64,000 nt of DNA from the NCBI GenBank assembly GCA_977016875.1, contig CDRNST010000078.1:248001-312000 (forward strand), given 5' to 3'. The translations under genes were made by a program, and so were the position numbers. Under the pieces are notes generated by a model that saw nothing but the letters and a program-made list of their open reading frames with translations, did not search any database and was not told where the DNA came from. Shown here in pieces: positions 12,765-24,364 of this stretch. Source of the DNA: Pavona decussata. Taxonomy: Eukaryota. Positions within the stretch are counted from its first letter, which is position 1; every line of letters begins with the position of its first letter.

Positions 12765-13409
12765 GACAACTCGCCCCCCAGAAAATTAGCCCCAGACTAC
12801 TCGCCCCCGATCTTTAGACAACTAGCCCCCAATATGTAGACGATTAGTACCCAACACGAAAACTTCAGACAAATGTACTTTTGAGCTGAGAAAGTAATAA
12901 TTTCGTGAAAGAAGAACGCTCTGCTGCAAGTACATACGAGACCAAAACTGAAGCTTACGATCGTATCGATCGCATCGTTCGCGTAACACATAAACGTGGA
13001 CATTTTGTAACCCAAAAATCCAGCTCAAAAATTTAATTTACCTGCGATGAAACAGCTCTTACCTTTTTTGTTTTATAATTAGAAGCACTCTAATTTTATC
13101 TAGCAAAAAAACGACATTCTTGTGCTAAATGTTGTTTTAGTGAACGCGATGTTCAGCTGTAATAAAAACAAATTTTGATGTTACTTACCAGTGTTACAGG
13201 TTACAAAATGTTCATGTGTTACACGATTGATAGGCTCGATCATAAGGTTTGGTCTCAGATTTACTTACAGAAGAGCGTTCTTCTTTAACAAAATTTATTC
13301 CTTACTATTTGGGGGGCTAATCGTCTTTATACTAGGGGCTAGTTGTCTAAAGATAGGGGGAGCGAGTAGTCTGGAGCTAATTGTCTGGGGAGCGAGTTGT
13401 CCAGATACC
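12765..13409. mobile_element. TIR element with internally repetitive (gacaactcgccccc) inverted ends; left tip missing
   Basis: 12765-12850 is the reverse complement of ~13313-13401. The right end continues CAGATACC. Confidence 0.75.
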
Positions 13410-13571
13410 GTCCAACCAATCATGTTTCTAGTATTCGCCCTGCGCCCGTTCCCCTTTCCCCATCTTTTCCCATTGCCTTATTCTTTTTCGCCCCCAGTCC
13501 CCTTCGACTAAGAGGTATGAGCGCTTGGGGCCTGGAAACAGGCGCCAATTTCATTTGCATTGTTTTCCAAG

Positions 13572-16500
13572 ATGGACGAATATTTCAACAAGGTTGTGTC
13601 AGTCCATCTTAAATCGGCAAGCCGTGAAAACAGGTAATGCTTCTAATCGTTAGATTTGCAAAATCGTACGATGACATATTTAACTAATTATTGCAAGCTT
13701 TTTTTGTCTGCAGACAGTCTGCTGTTAGGATCAATGTTGCTTTTCGTTCAAGCTCTTCGCCAACGAATAAGGTTTGCACTGTACGGTCAAATAGTTTTAG
13801 AGTCGTATTTGTTTATGTAAGCTTACACAGTTGAACAGTTTTACTCCTAACATCGTTTCTAAGTACATTTTATAATTTCAAAGTTGTGAATTATACTGAA
13901 TATGGACGGAAATCTTGGGGTTGAAATCTTCGTTTCGCCTTCCCGCCCGGCTTCTCTCCATATGCTCGATAGGTTTATACTTCCTTTATTTTGTGTGTAG
14001 GAACTAGTCGTCCGAATCACGGATGAAGAGGATCTGTTTTTCCTTTACAATCTGGTTCTAGGGGAGAGTGATTTCCATACGTAAGTTTTTATTGTATATA
14101 TTTATTGGATACATCTCTAGCGGCCGGAGAATTCCAGCAAATGTATACGTTATATGTCTGTGTCTTGTATANNNNNNNNNNNNNNNNNNNNNNNNNNNNN
14201 NNNNNNNNNNNNNNNNNNNNNNNNNNNNNNNNNNNNNNNNNNNNNNNNNNNNNNNNNNNNNNNNNNNNNNNNNNNNNNNNNNNNNNNNNNNNNNNNNNNN
14301 NNNNAGGTGCGGTTACACTAGCCATGTTACCCTTGGGTAAATGGCTGTTGCCCACGGGGAAGCAACGTTTTGTGTGTGACCAATTTTCCCAGAGTGAAAT
14401 TACCTTCAAGAAATTTCCGTGGATACGTCAAAAAGAATTAAAGAATTCCCCATGACAGTTCCCGAGGTAACTTGTATGAGTTAATAAGAACCCAAAGCGG
14501 CTCAACCAATCATGAGAAGGTGAAATGTACCAAACGCTAGAAATCACGTGTTGTTTACGTGCTGTGTTAATCGTAAGGTCAAATCGTACCCGCCACTGTA
14601 TTTCAAGCTCGACAAGCATGGCTCTCTCTTTCCACCAGTGGTCGAGAATCCTATCGTTCAGGGTTCGCTGAAACCAATTTTGTGGTCGCGTAAATACCCA
14701 AGTTCGCCCACGATGGTGAACAACGAGTCGGCGTGTTCTTAAATATAAAACGAAAAACTGCAAGCTCTGGAAAAAGTGTATTTGTTGTCGGCGTCGACAT
14801 TCTCTCCTTGAAATAAAGTCATGCTCAATTACTAAACCTGTTTGAGGTGGAGGTTGTAATATAAGCGGCAGAATTACCCATAACATTTTATGATTCGTGT
14901 CAAACATTTTGTCTGTATATACCCCTAGTTTTTAGCTTCTTTAGTTTACTTGTAATTAGTTAATTGCAAACGACCCCACAAGCTCATGTAGCTTTAATAC
15001 TCATTGTTTTAAAATAAAGGCTATCTATCTATCTATCTATTCATGTTTACGTTTATCAGTGTTTCTCGTAGCCTCCCACGCAGTCGTTTTTAGGGTACTC
15101 GTATTACCTCCTCCCCACAAACGCCTGCTTACCCAAGCGTCACATTCCTTTCCCATTGTTTACCTCCCCAAGCACCCTACCCAATCACCATCGAGTCATT
15201 GTCTGATGATATCAAATCAAATTGCTGGTTACAATGGCCGCTTCCGTTTACCGCGAGCTTTGTACAGTCTCTGGTACATGTGAGTCTTGAGAGATGAGGG
15301 AGCCAAGTTGGAATATATATTTTTTTCACTTCTGAAATGGCTGGTTGTGGCTGAAACGCCAAAACAAATAACGAATTTGAATACAAGCGCTTCTTGTGCG
15401 ACGTGTTCTCCTGGGAGACTCAAAATCTTGGGGAAAGTGTAATCGATCTTCCCCGCCTGATTGAGTTGACAGTCGGTAAAGATATCACCTCTTACGGGTA
15501 CGGAAACTCTGGAGCAGATTTGTTTGTTTGTACGAAGTGCCAGGTGAGACTTACCTGATTCGAGAAAGCAAAGAAGAATGTAGAAGGTATCAAGGCGAGA
15601 TCTGCAGTATTTATCAGTCCATTAAAGACTATTAAACGGAAAGTTAAACGACAAAGAGCCGATCAACTTGTGGTCGGGTCCTTGTGGAAAATGTCGCACG
15701 TGCCTCCGAACAAATTGCTACTACAAAGCGAATTTCAACTGCCAAATCTTCGAAGTTTACCGACATATCGGGTAATATTTCGCCACACCGACAAGGTCGA
15801 CAAGATTGAAGGCAGAGCTTGATAAATATTAAAGCGACTTTGCGTAACCAGTCGGCAAATTGACAAAAATATAGCTTTTTCCCGTCCTAAATTCTTTGAT
15901 TGCAGTCAGTTTATAGGCATTTAAACGACAAATTTTGAACGTGCACTCAAAGCTTACGTAAGCTCGGTCAAGTTCTGTCTCCGCCGTGATGTTTTTCACT
16001 GTTCCCGCGAGAGGCGTCCTGAGGTCAAGGTCAACCTTCCAGATTTTAGAAGGTTCACTGTGATTGGCTCAGCGGCGGAAAGGAATGTGGCGCTTGGGTA
16101 AGCAGGCGTTTGTGGGGAGGAGGTAATACGAGTCCCCTAAAAACGACTGCGTGGGAGGCTATGTTTCTCGTCAAATAGGGTAAAGGCTTTCCGTTCCCCT
16201 TGGGCAATTTATCAACGTGTAACCGCAAACATGAAATAGATCAAAACCCAGACTGAACCCAACCCAAGCTATTTTCCCAAGGGGAGCTTTGGGGAAGAGG
16301 TCTAGTTTAACATAACATAACATAACATAACATAACATAACATAACATAACATAACATAACATAACATAACATAACATAACATAACATAACATAACATTC
16401 TAGTTTATCCAGGATTATTTCACATTAACCTTTACAGTTAATTCAGCTGCTGAGGGGAGTTTACAGTGAGAATATACTACAGATTTACCAACCTTACGAG

Positions 16501-19500
16501 CAGAATTATTACAGACATGTTCTGTTGCTATTTACTTAGTACATACATATTTACAGGTTAAAAAGTCAGCAAGGATTGCTGGTTGACTTTTGTGCCTTTC
16601 CTCAAAAGTTTGTTGATCTGCTAGAACTGTGTCGGGATCAGGAACAACACGAAAATCCAAAGTAAGTTCACCAGACAAGTGTGTACTGTAAATTAGTAAA
16701 CAGCATACAGCTTCTGTTTTTCCTTCCTGTATTAGGCCTGCAGTCAAACAAGAAAGTTCTTTATACATCATTCAATTCCAGCTGTGCTTATGAAACAGTA
16801 TCCTTTCAAAATGAGTTTCTGCAAAAAAAACTAGAGGTTTGGGTAATGATTGTCTTTTGTATTGACATTTTTATGTATTTTATCTGTATACAGGTTTCTG
16901 CTTCAGTTTGTTGTTGGCAGTGGGTTGGATCAAGGTGTTGCTACTCTTCATGTTGTAGAAACCAACCCATTTAAACACTTAACGCACCTGTCATTAAAGT
17001 TTCTTCCTGGATCTGATGCTGAAGTAAAAAAATACCTTGCAAAATGCCTTAAAACTCTACAGGTACAGTCATGTGAAATTATGATATATCATCATGGATG
17101 TTCTATGAGCTACATGTTAGTAGGTTCTTGAAGCTCAGTGCAAAAGGCCAAATGTCACCGATGATGTTCTCTCCTTTAGGCCCCTCCAATATTTTCATGA
17201 AGTTCATTTGGTCTTTTGTAGGATGAGAAGCAGACATTAGAAAGACACCTTGCTAGCACAGAAGCTGATCTTCAACAAAAGCTAAAGAGCTGTCAAGAGG
17301 TACTTTATAAAATGCCTACAAAATATCCATCTTCCTACTGCTCTCATTAGACCTTCGATAGACTTTCATTTTTTTCGCAGAATGTGGCTTTGGGATCACC
17401 AATTTTTGTTATCTAGCTAAACAGTGCCCCATAGCATACAAGAAGCTCAGCATAATCAGCTTTGCAGTAGACGTTGCCCTCAAAAGGTGCTTAGCTGCCA
17501 GTGTGGTTAGGAACTTAATTCCCAGCAGCAGTGTACTTTTGTGAATTGCATGTACAAATTGTAACCTCATGAAAATTTTGGCTCAGGGTGTTCAGATGAA
17601 CCCTTAAGTCCCCAGCATCAAGAGCCATATTCTCCTCATTTCTCTGCACATATTTCCTGTTACTAGTTGGGAGAATTTGTTTGAATATCAAGACATGTTA
17701 TCTTTGGAGATCATTTCTTGAATTCTCACTGCCTGTTTATTTGATTAAGCAGTGGTGTAGTGAGGTGAAATTAGATGCTCATCATTGTTGGGGTTTAGAT
17801 ATGGAGATGACGCTTTTTTAGGGCACCATAATAAAGTGTTCATAACTTAATAAAAAGATGAACTTATCAATGCATCGTCATACAACAGTGGGTTATTCAA
17901 ATTATTATTTCAAGGTCCTTGCAATCAAAGCAAGGGAGTTAAATTCAGTGCAATTCGACTGCTCTGCAAAGTCAAGTCAGATGGAGAACAAACATGTACA
18001 AGAACTAACAGCTGAGAGGGAGAAAGCTCTGCAGGTATTTCATATTACAAAGAGAATTTAAAGTATTTTTAATGTATATATACGTAATATACAATCAGGA
18101 AAAAATAGTTCAGGCTTCAGAAGTGATTCATCGTTTTATTGCTACAGCTCTGTTTCGTATGATCAGGAGCTGACCACACTTATCAGGCAACTTCAATGAA
18201 TTCATGACCGGTAAAGATTTAAAAGCTGGCTATACAAAGGAATCAAAAACTGGTGGTTGCTAAGCGATAAAATACAATCCCACGTGCCGTGATAGAATTC
18301 ACGTGCCATGATACAAACGGTTACGTTACGCTATACAAGAGGTTTTTGGAAGATATCTATTTACATGAGGGCGATTCGAAACAAGCGGTTGCTGGGCGAT
18401 GAAATACTAATGCACGTGGCGTGATACAATACACGTGCCATGATACAAACGGTCACTTTACGTAATTCAAGAGGTTTTGAGTACGTAATATATATATTTT
18501 TATAGTAGAAATTTGTTTAGCTACCCAAAGCTACAGTAGTTTACAGGTATTCCATTCTGAAATAACGGGAAAGAAATAATAATCAAATTAAACATAACAA
18601 GTTAAAAATCTATAGATAGTCACCTATTTATTATGTACATCAGTTATTGTTTAATATTATTCACAGTACATCTCTGCCAGTTGTGTTGTGCAGTAATACT
18701 GTCTTTACATGAAAATTGTATTAATTTACTTTATTTTATTTAGATGGCCACTAGCAACCAACAGAAGTTTGAGAGGGAAAAGCGAGAGATGGAACAGAAT
18801 CATCAGTCACAGGTATTAATGCATTTTAATGTCAAGTCACTGAGAGAACTGCAGTCTGTCTTTTCTTTCACAGATAGCTTAAACAGTAGCAAGTAGGGGT
18901 TCTTTTTAAATTTTAATCTTTTTTACAGAACTCTATAAATTTGAATGAAGTTTTATTGTTCAGCCTGTCAGCCTTTATTATTAATATTTTTTCTTTGTCT
19001 TTAGGTCACGAAACTTGAGGCCAGACTTAAGGATGTGGAAAATTCTAATAGGGTAACTTACTGGTTGTTACTTTTGATTCAGCCAGTTAAATGGTGTTTT
19101 AACAGCCTTGTGTTGTTTGTGTTTGTTTTGATTGGTTTATAGAGTTTTAATTTTACAGCACTCAAATGAAACTCTAGGAACCAATTTTCCACAGTACTTC
19201 CATACTTCCTTAATTTTTACTCCATAAATTTATTGCTACCATCTATGCTTTACCTGTGCACAGTACATTTTTATGTAATGATTACATAAATTTCATCTTA
19301 ACTTTTAACAGGACCTGACGCAAAAGAAATACCAAGCAGATTCCTGCATCAGGGACTTGCGATCAAAACTGACAGCTCTTGATGAGGTGAGGATAAGCTT
19401 CTGACACCTAAGTTTCTTCACCTACAAATCTGCTCTTGAGCTTAACTAATTTTTTTATTAGTTTCTAGTATTGCTTTTCAATTTAATTAAAGTTAATTAT

Positions 19501-22247
19501 ATTTGAAGGAGTGCATGGAATAAGGCCTTAACTGACTTTTGTTTCACAAGAAAATACAAGGCAGTTTGGAAGGAGAATCAAGCAATTTATCAGAAGTCAT
19601 TTAGGGCTTTTTCCAGGCATCCCTTCAATTGTGGTGGTATTTGTTATTTAACATTTACAGTGTATTTTTCCATCATCAGGAATGCAAATATGCCAAGGAA
19701 GAACTTCACAAACTTCGTCGTGAGAATGGTTCACTTGACTCAGAGCGACATGAACACAGTAAAACTCTCAGCCAACTGCAGACCAAGGTGGCAGTGCTGG
19801 AGCAGGAACTTAGAGATAAAGAACAGGTTATGATCAGACAATTCACCAAATCGGGCTCTAAACTGCATCAGTGTATCAAGCCTTAAAGAGTACTCTAGGG
19901 AGACAACATGGCTGAGTGGTTAGAGAAACAGACTCCAAGTCCCCTCGGTTCTGACCACTAGATGGATTTGTTTCATTGTAGTCCCCTGTTCAAATAGCAC
20001 ACTACTGAGCCTCCCTGCCAGTTGGGACAGTAGAGATATTTTTGTTTCATTGACATAATTTCTTTCAGTTATTTATAGAGTCCCCAATTCCTTTATGCCT
20101 TCCTAACTACATCGTCACACCACGCTCTCTAGATTCGTTACGGCACAAATTCTGGTTTCTTACAATAATTGCTAGAGACCGCTCTAAGTATATCAAAATT
20201 CTAGCTTGCCCTCAAGGTGTAAAGGAATAAAACAAAGTAATTGATGGTTCAACTATGAATTTCGATTTATTTTGTTTATTCCCTGAAACCTCGGGTCCAA
20301 GTAAGACTATTTAGAATAGTGTTATTGTAGTTTTTGTCTTAATGGCTTCTTGCTTACACCCTGTTAAATCCACATATTACCTATGCTGCGAATCACTGCC
20401 CACTGAAGACTATGATTACTTCTTTTCTCCAAGCGCTAATTAAGATCAAACTAAAACTGAAGGGTTTACAGTGTGTTCCGTCTGTATTGCGTTGTCCAGG
20501 TCATAGCACGGACTAATGAACTGATGGAGAACTCCAGTGAACAGCGCAGGAAACAAGAAAAGATACTGGAAGAAAGACAAGACCAGATCAACAAACTTGA
20601 AGCTACAATGAAATCTGTGTCAGCTGAGGTGATCAAGGTATGTGTACATAAAAATCATGGGTCAAACGAGGTCAAAATCATTCTCAGTGTAGACTTTCGC
20701 AAGGACATGAGCACTAATCTGAGATACCCTAGGCCTAGCCGTGCGTCAGCATTCTACTTTGCGTTCAGTCTTCTGGCATGGACACACAATACAACTGATT
20801 TAAGTTGCACGCAGTTTTATACCGCTGTTGTACCATTAACGCAAACTTGTCAAGAGTAAAAATAAATTTAATCCAGATTTGTTTTTTATGCGTTTTTACT
20901 GTGCCACGTTCGTCACCGATTGTGTAGTCTCCCTTGGGGTTGTGATTGGTTTTTAATCGCATTTTTTGAGGATTTTGATTTATAGGCGTACAAAAAAATT
21001 TGCTTTTGCTACTTTTTTAGGGAAATGAAATAATCCAGAGATTGCAGTCTGAATTACGCAGCTACAAATCCAAGGTGAGATAAATATTTTGCCAATTTTT
21101 ACCTCGGATTCGGAGCTCAGAAGCGATGTATCTTGCCAAAATACCGCATCTTTAAATCTCTGTCGCGGATTTCAGTCATTGAGATTACGAAATCGTCCTG
21201 AAAGTCTTCTCAAGTGAAACGAATTGTTATTTAATTTTAAATATTGTTTTGCAGATGAAGTTGAAAAATGTGGTGACCACCAAACAAGAAAAACTTTTAT
21301 CGGAAAAGGTAAGTTTTGGTGAAGAAGGGTGTGGTTTGTTCAGTGTTAAGATGCTGTACTTGTTTTTCAGGTAGATTTTGTTCGGCATTCCCGAACGCAA
21401 CTATAATTTGGGATTGTCAGGTATGGTGTTTGATGTCCTTCATAAACAGAGGTTTTCACCGTATCTTCCCCCAACCCGGCTCAAGTGAGAATTAAAGCAG
21501 GTTCTGCTGCGGTCTTCTTTCATGCCGACTTGCACCGGTTCTTATGTTAGTTTGGCGGGATAATAAGAAAGCTTTTATCGGACTGAAATTCGCACAGAAT
21601 TTGTAGCCCGAAGTTTTGCACCATTACACCATAGTACAACTCAATATCAGCGGATAACTGTTCCAGAGTTTTGCTCTTGCCCAACATGTGTGCTATCTTG
21701 CTTGTGATTTAGGAAACAGCTCTTGAAAAGTGTCAACAGGAAAATGTCAGTTTGCAGAGCGGTCTGAGGAATAAAGAGGAAGAGGTAACTGACTATAGAA
21801 CACACAGTACCATGTAATGACTTGCCATATAAGCATTATCAGTCATTTTATGACCATTTCTCCTAAGTCGGCGGAATACCAAGAACTCAGTCAGTGGTCA
21901 ATCGAAAGACTCACCCCCAAGAATCGCCGCGTAAGTTCGCGCTTTTGGTGACTGTCGAGTTTACTGCGTGAATTTTACCAAAAAAACAATTGAGAAGAGA
22001 CTGTTTTGGAGTCTAAGAGAGAGAGGTTCGAGATGGCTTGTGTATTAAGAGATAATGACTGAAAACTGACAAACTGAGCCAGAGAAACATTTCACTTCGT
22101 AGTAGTAGTAGTTCTTTATTTAAACTCGATTAAAAATCTTGAGTAATGACAGTAATATTTTAATTACAATCATTTGCAAAAATTAAAATAACTATAAAAA
22201 ACTGGTTTGCAAGATTGCCGTGTGGGAATCGAATGTTTCAAGTATGC

Positions 22248-22281
<34 letters not shown>

Positions 22282-23598
22282 GATCGCCCTAATACTTTCA
22301 GGAGGATAATTCCATAGTAAGGCACCGCTATAGCTAAAGCTACGTTTCGTAGCAACATTCCGTCTCTTCGTGATAGTTCTCTAGTTTTTTATTAACTACA
22401 AGCTTTACAGATCAAAGCTAGTAGACGTTTATTTTTAAGCTTTCCGATTTCTGGATGTAATGTTAATTCTATATGAATGTTCATGTAGGTGAAGAAGCTG
22501 AGTGAGTCACTTGAGACAACTACAGCCAAGCTAGAAGAAAGCAAGCAGTTGTTGAAAACTAACGAAAATGGTAAGAAATGAAACTACAGTCGTGCTTTTA
22601 GGTGAGCATCTAATCACTAAAACTTAATATTGGACGTATTATAAATGGTTACTCGAACATGTTGACCACAGTAGTAGAGAACTTTGGTTAAGTAAGGTAA
22701 GGGAAAGGATAGGCTCCTTAGACCAGCTTCTTTGAGAATTCTCAGTACGGTATTACCCACCAGGTGAAAACCATTCACCAACTGGGACTAAACACTGTAC
22801 TTAACTGTGTAAGATTGATTCCGCCGGTTCAGGTGTTTGAGATGTCAGTTATTATCGACAATAACTTTTTAAAAGACTTCCCTCACAAATATGTACACCG
22901 GATTTTAATTTGGTGTTTTTAATTGCAGTTATTAACTGGCTGAACAAACAAATGAATGACCAAATGATGTCTCAGCAGCGGCTTGGACCTTTCGAAATGC
23001 ACACAAAGACTGTATCCTCAAGAGGGCCCCCTTTGGCGCCTTATAACAAGGTACTCCCTGATCTGTTTGTTTTAATCGGGCTCCGCATGATATGGTACCA
23101 ATCACTTGTCTGGTCCCTGCTTTTGTAGATGTCAAGCGCGACTGCTGGCTCCAGTTCAGCTGGGAACAGAACAGATGTACCCCGGTTTAATCAGCCTGCA
23201 CAGGTAAACAAAATTGGGAAAATTTTCAAAAGGCTACTGAAAAAACTCATAACGTTTCCAAATTTCTTGTATTATAACTAAACTGATCTTTATTCACTGT
23301 TACTTTGCAGGTAGCCTACAGGAAGCCAGGGCCCCGCCCAGCGATGCTACCTCACCCAGTAGGGCAGTCGACTCCTAATCTGCCCCCAGGACCCCTGTCA
23401 GGAGGGGGTGTCACCCCCCTAAGCCGCCCTCTCACCCTCACCGGAAGCAGTAGTACTGCTAACAGCACTGAACCAATACTTGACGCCAAGTACTTTCATC
23501 CAACCGGAAGTGAAGCTAACTATCAGAAACCTGGACCCGAACCGCCTCTCATGTCAGCTTACTTCCCGAAACCACGTGGCACTTTACCTACCACGTGA
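13572..23598 (+). CDS. SASS6: Spindle assembly abnormal protein 6 (SAS-6), centriolar cartwheel protein, about 19 coding exons
   Basis: Exons: 13572-13633, 13714-13771, 14001-14080, 16557-16660, 16894-17062, 17222-17299, 17915-18034, ~18744-18812, ~19005-19052, 19312-19386, 19680-19826, 20500-20637, 21021-21074, 21255-21308, 21713-21784, 22489-22570, 22929-23050, 23129-23203, 23311-23598. Head-domain motifs [40 protein letters not shown] and [16 protein letters not shown], then a long coiled coil with GNEIIQRLQ and [14 protein letters not shown], and a Pro-rich tail ending SAYFP. Confidence 0.95.
14305..14830 (-). mobile_element. PIF/Harbinger-like transposon remnant
   Basis: The minus strand reads [27 protein letters not shown], resembling the N-terminus of Harbinger/HARBI1-type transposases. 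A Harbinger-like terminus AGGTGCGGTTACACT sits next to the gap. Confidence 0.55.
15069..16161. mobile_element. 1.1-kb non-autonomous element with TAG...CTA termini and 9-bp TSD, AcademH-like
   Basis: Near-perfect TIR of about 85 bp (TAGCCTCCCACGCAGTCGTTTTTAGGG...). TSD TGTTTCTCG at 15060-15068 and 16162-16170. Lies in SAS-6 intron 3. Confidence 0.92.
16308..16398 (+). repeat. (TAACA)n microsatellite, about 18 units
   Basis: Directly visible. Confidence 0.98.
18080..18495. repeat. Probable insertion in a TA tract containing a ~130-bp tandem duplication
   Basis: Units at ~18255-18348 and ~18388-18479 share gttgct..gcgat..cacgtgccatgatacaaacggt..caagaggtttt. tacgtaatata occurs on both flanks. 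Confidence 0.55.
19898..20030 (+). mobile_element. Degenerate tRNA-derived SINE; inverted relative at ~39575-39725
   Basis: A-box-like tggctgagtggttag, followed by ctgaccactag..gatttg and gccagttggga. Confidence 0.5.
22098..22400 (-). mobile_element. 3' end fragment of a non-LTR (CR1/L2-like) retrotransposon
   Basis: The minus strand gives a degenerate RT C-terminus ([10 protein letters not shown]-like), tcccacacggcaatcttg, AATAAA and a (TAC)n tail. Confidence 0.55.
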
Positions 23599-24364
23599 CG
23601 GCCGCGTGAACACTACGTCAGCCTGAACTCGGTGAACATTGTATCTTACTATGTCGTTCCAAAATGTTGAAGCTACGTCTAAATGTTGCTAAATTCATAC
23701 AGCCTTTTTTCGCAGCTCCCCACTATTAGTGAAATGAAATGAAAAGTCTTCATATCGATAAAGTAGGAACTTATCTGTGTCGATAATGCATATGCCTTGA
23801 ACACTCGTTAGAGGCACCCTATGGTTTGCTTAAAATAAAGAACTACTTGTATAATAAATGTCTTAGTGATGTTGGCTATCTCATGAGCCTGTGCAAACGA
23901 AACATTCCACACTAAGGAGGCCCCAGAGTCGATTATAAAGGAACGAAACTAATAACTGCTGCGATAAAAATAGAAAAATTCTCTAAAACTGTTTCAGATC
24001 GCGCAGAAAATATTGCATGTGAAACAATGACATTCTTTCGAGGCAAAACTTGGGAGGACTGATATATTTTGTCAGTTTTCACAAACATTTGGTAGTGTAT
24101 CATGGCGAACAAAATCATTTCTAGTACAAATTAACTCGGTTAAAATAAGTGATTTTCTAAGGAAAAAATTCAACTATTGGCTTGTTTTTCAGGCTAAATA
24201 AACAGCTGCCTAAGGTGCTATTTGACCGCAAAGGTCTATTTCCTGTTCGGATACAAAGAAACGACTTCCTTCATATAAATTATTGAAACGTTTTTATCCA
24301 TTACGAGTTGGGACAAATGTTGTTCAGTAACAGAACAGGGAAACTGGAAGTCTTACAGTTTCGC

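Noticed and set aside
16171-16398. ORF with MLCYV repeats
   Set aside because: It is the translation of the (TAACA)n microsatellite.
22795-22900. Possible degenerate hammerhead/retrozyme-type repeat
   Set aside because: The core is too decayed to support a call by eye.
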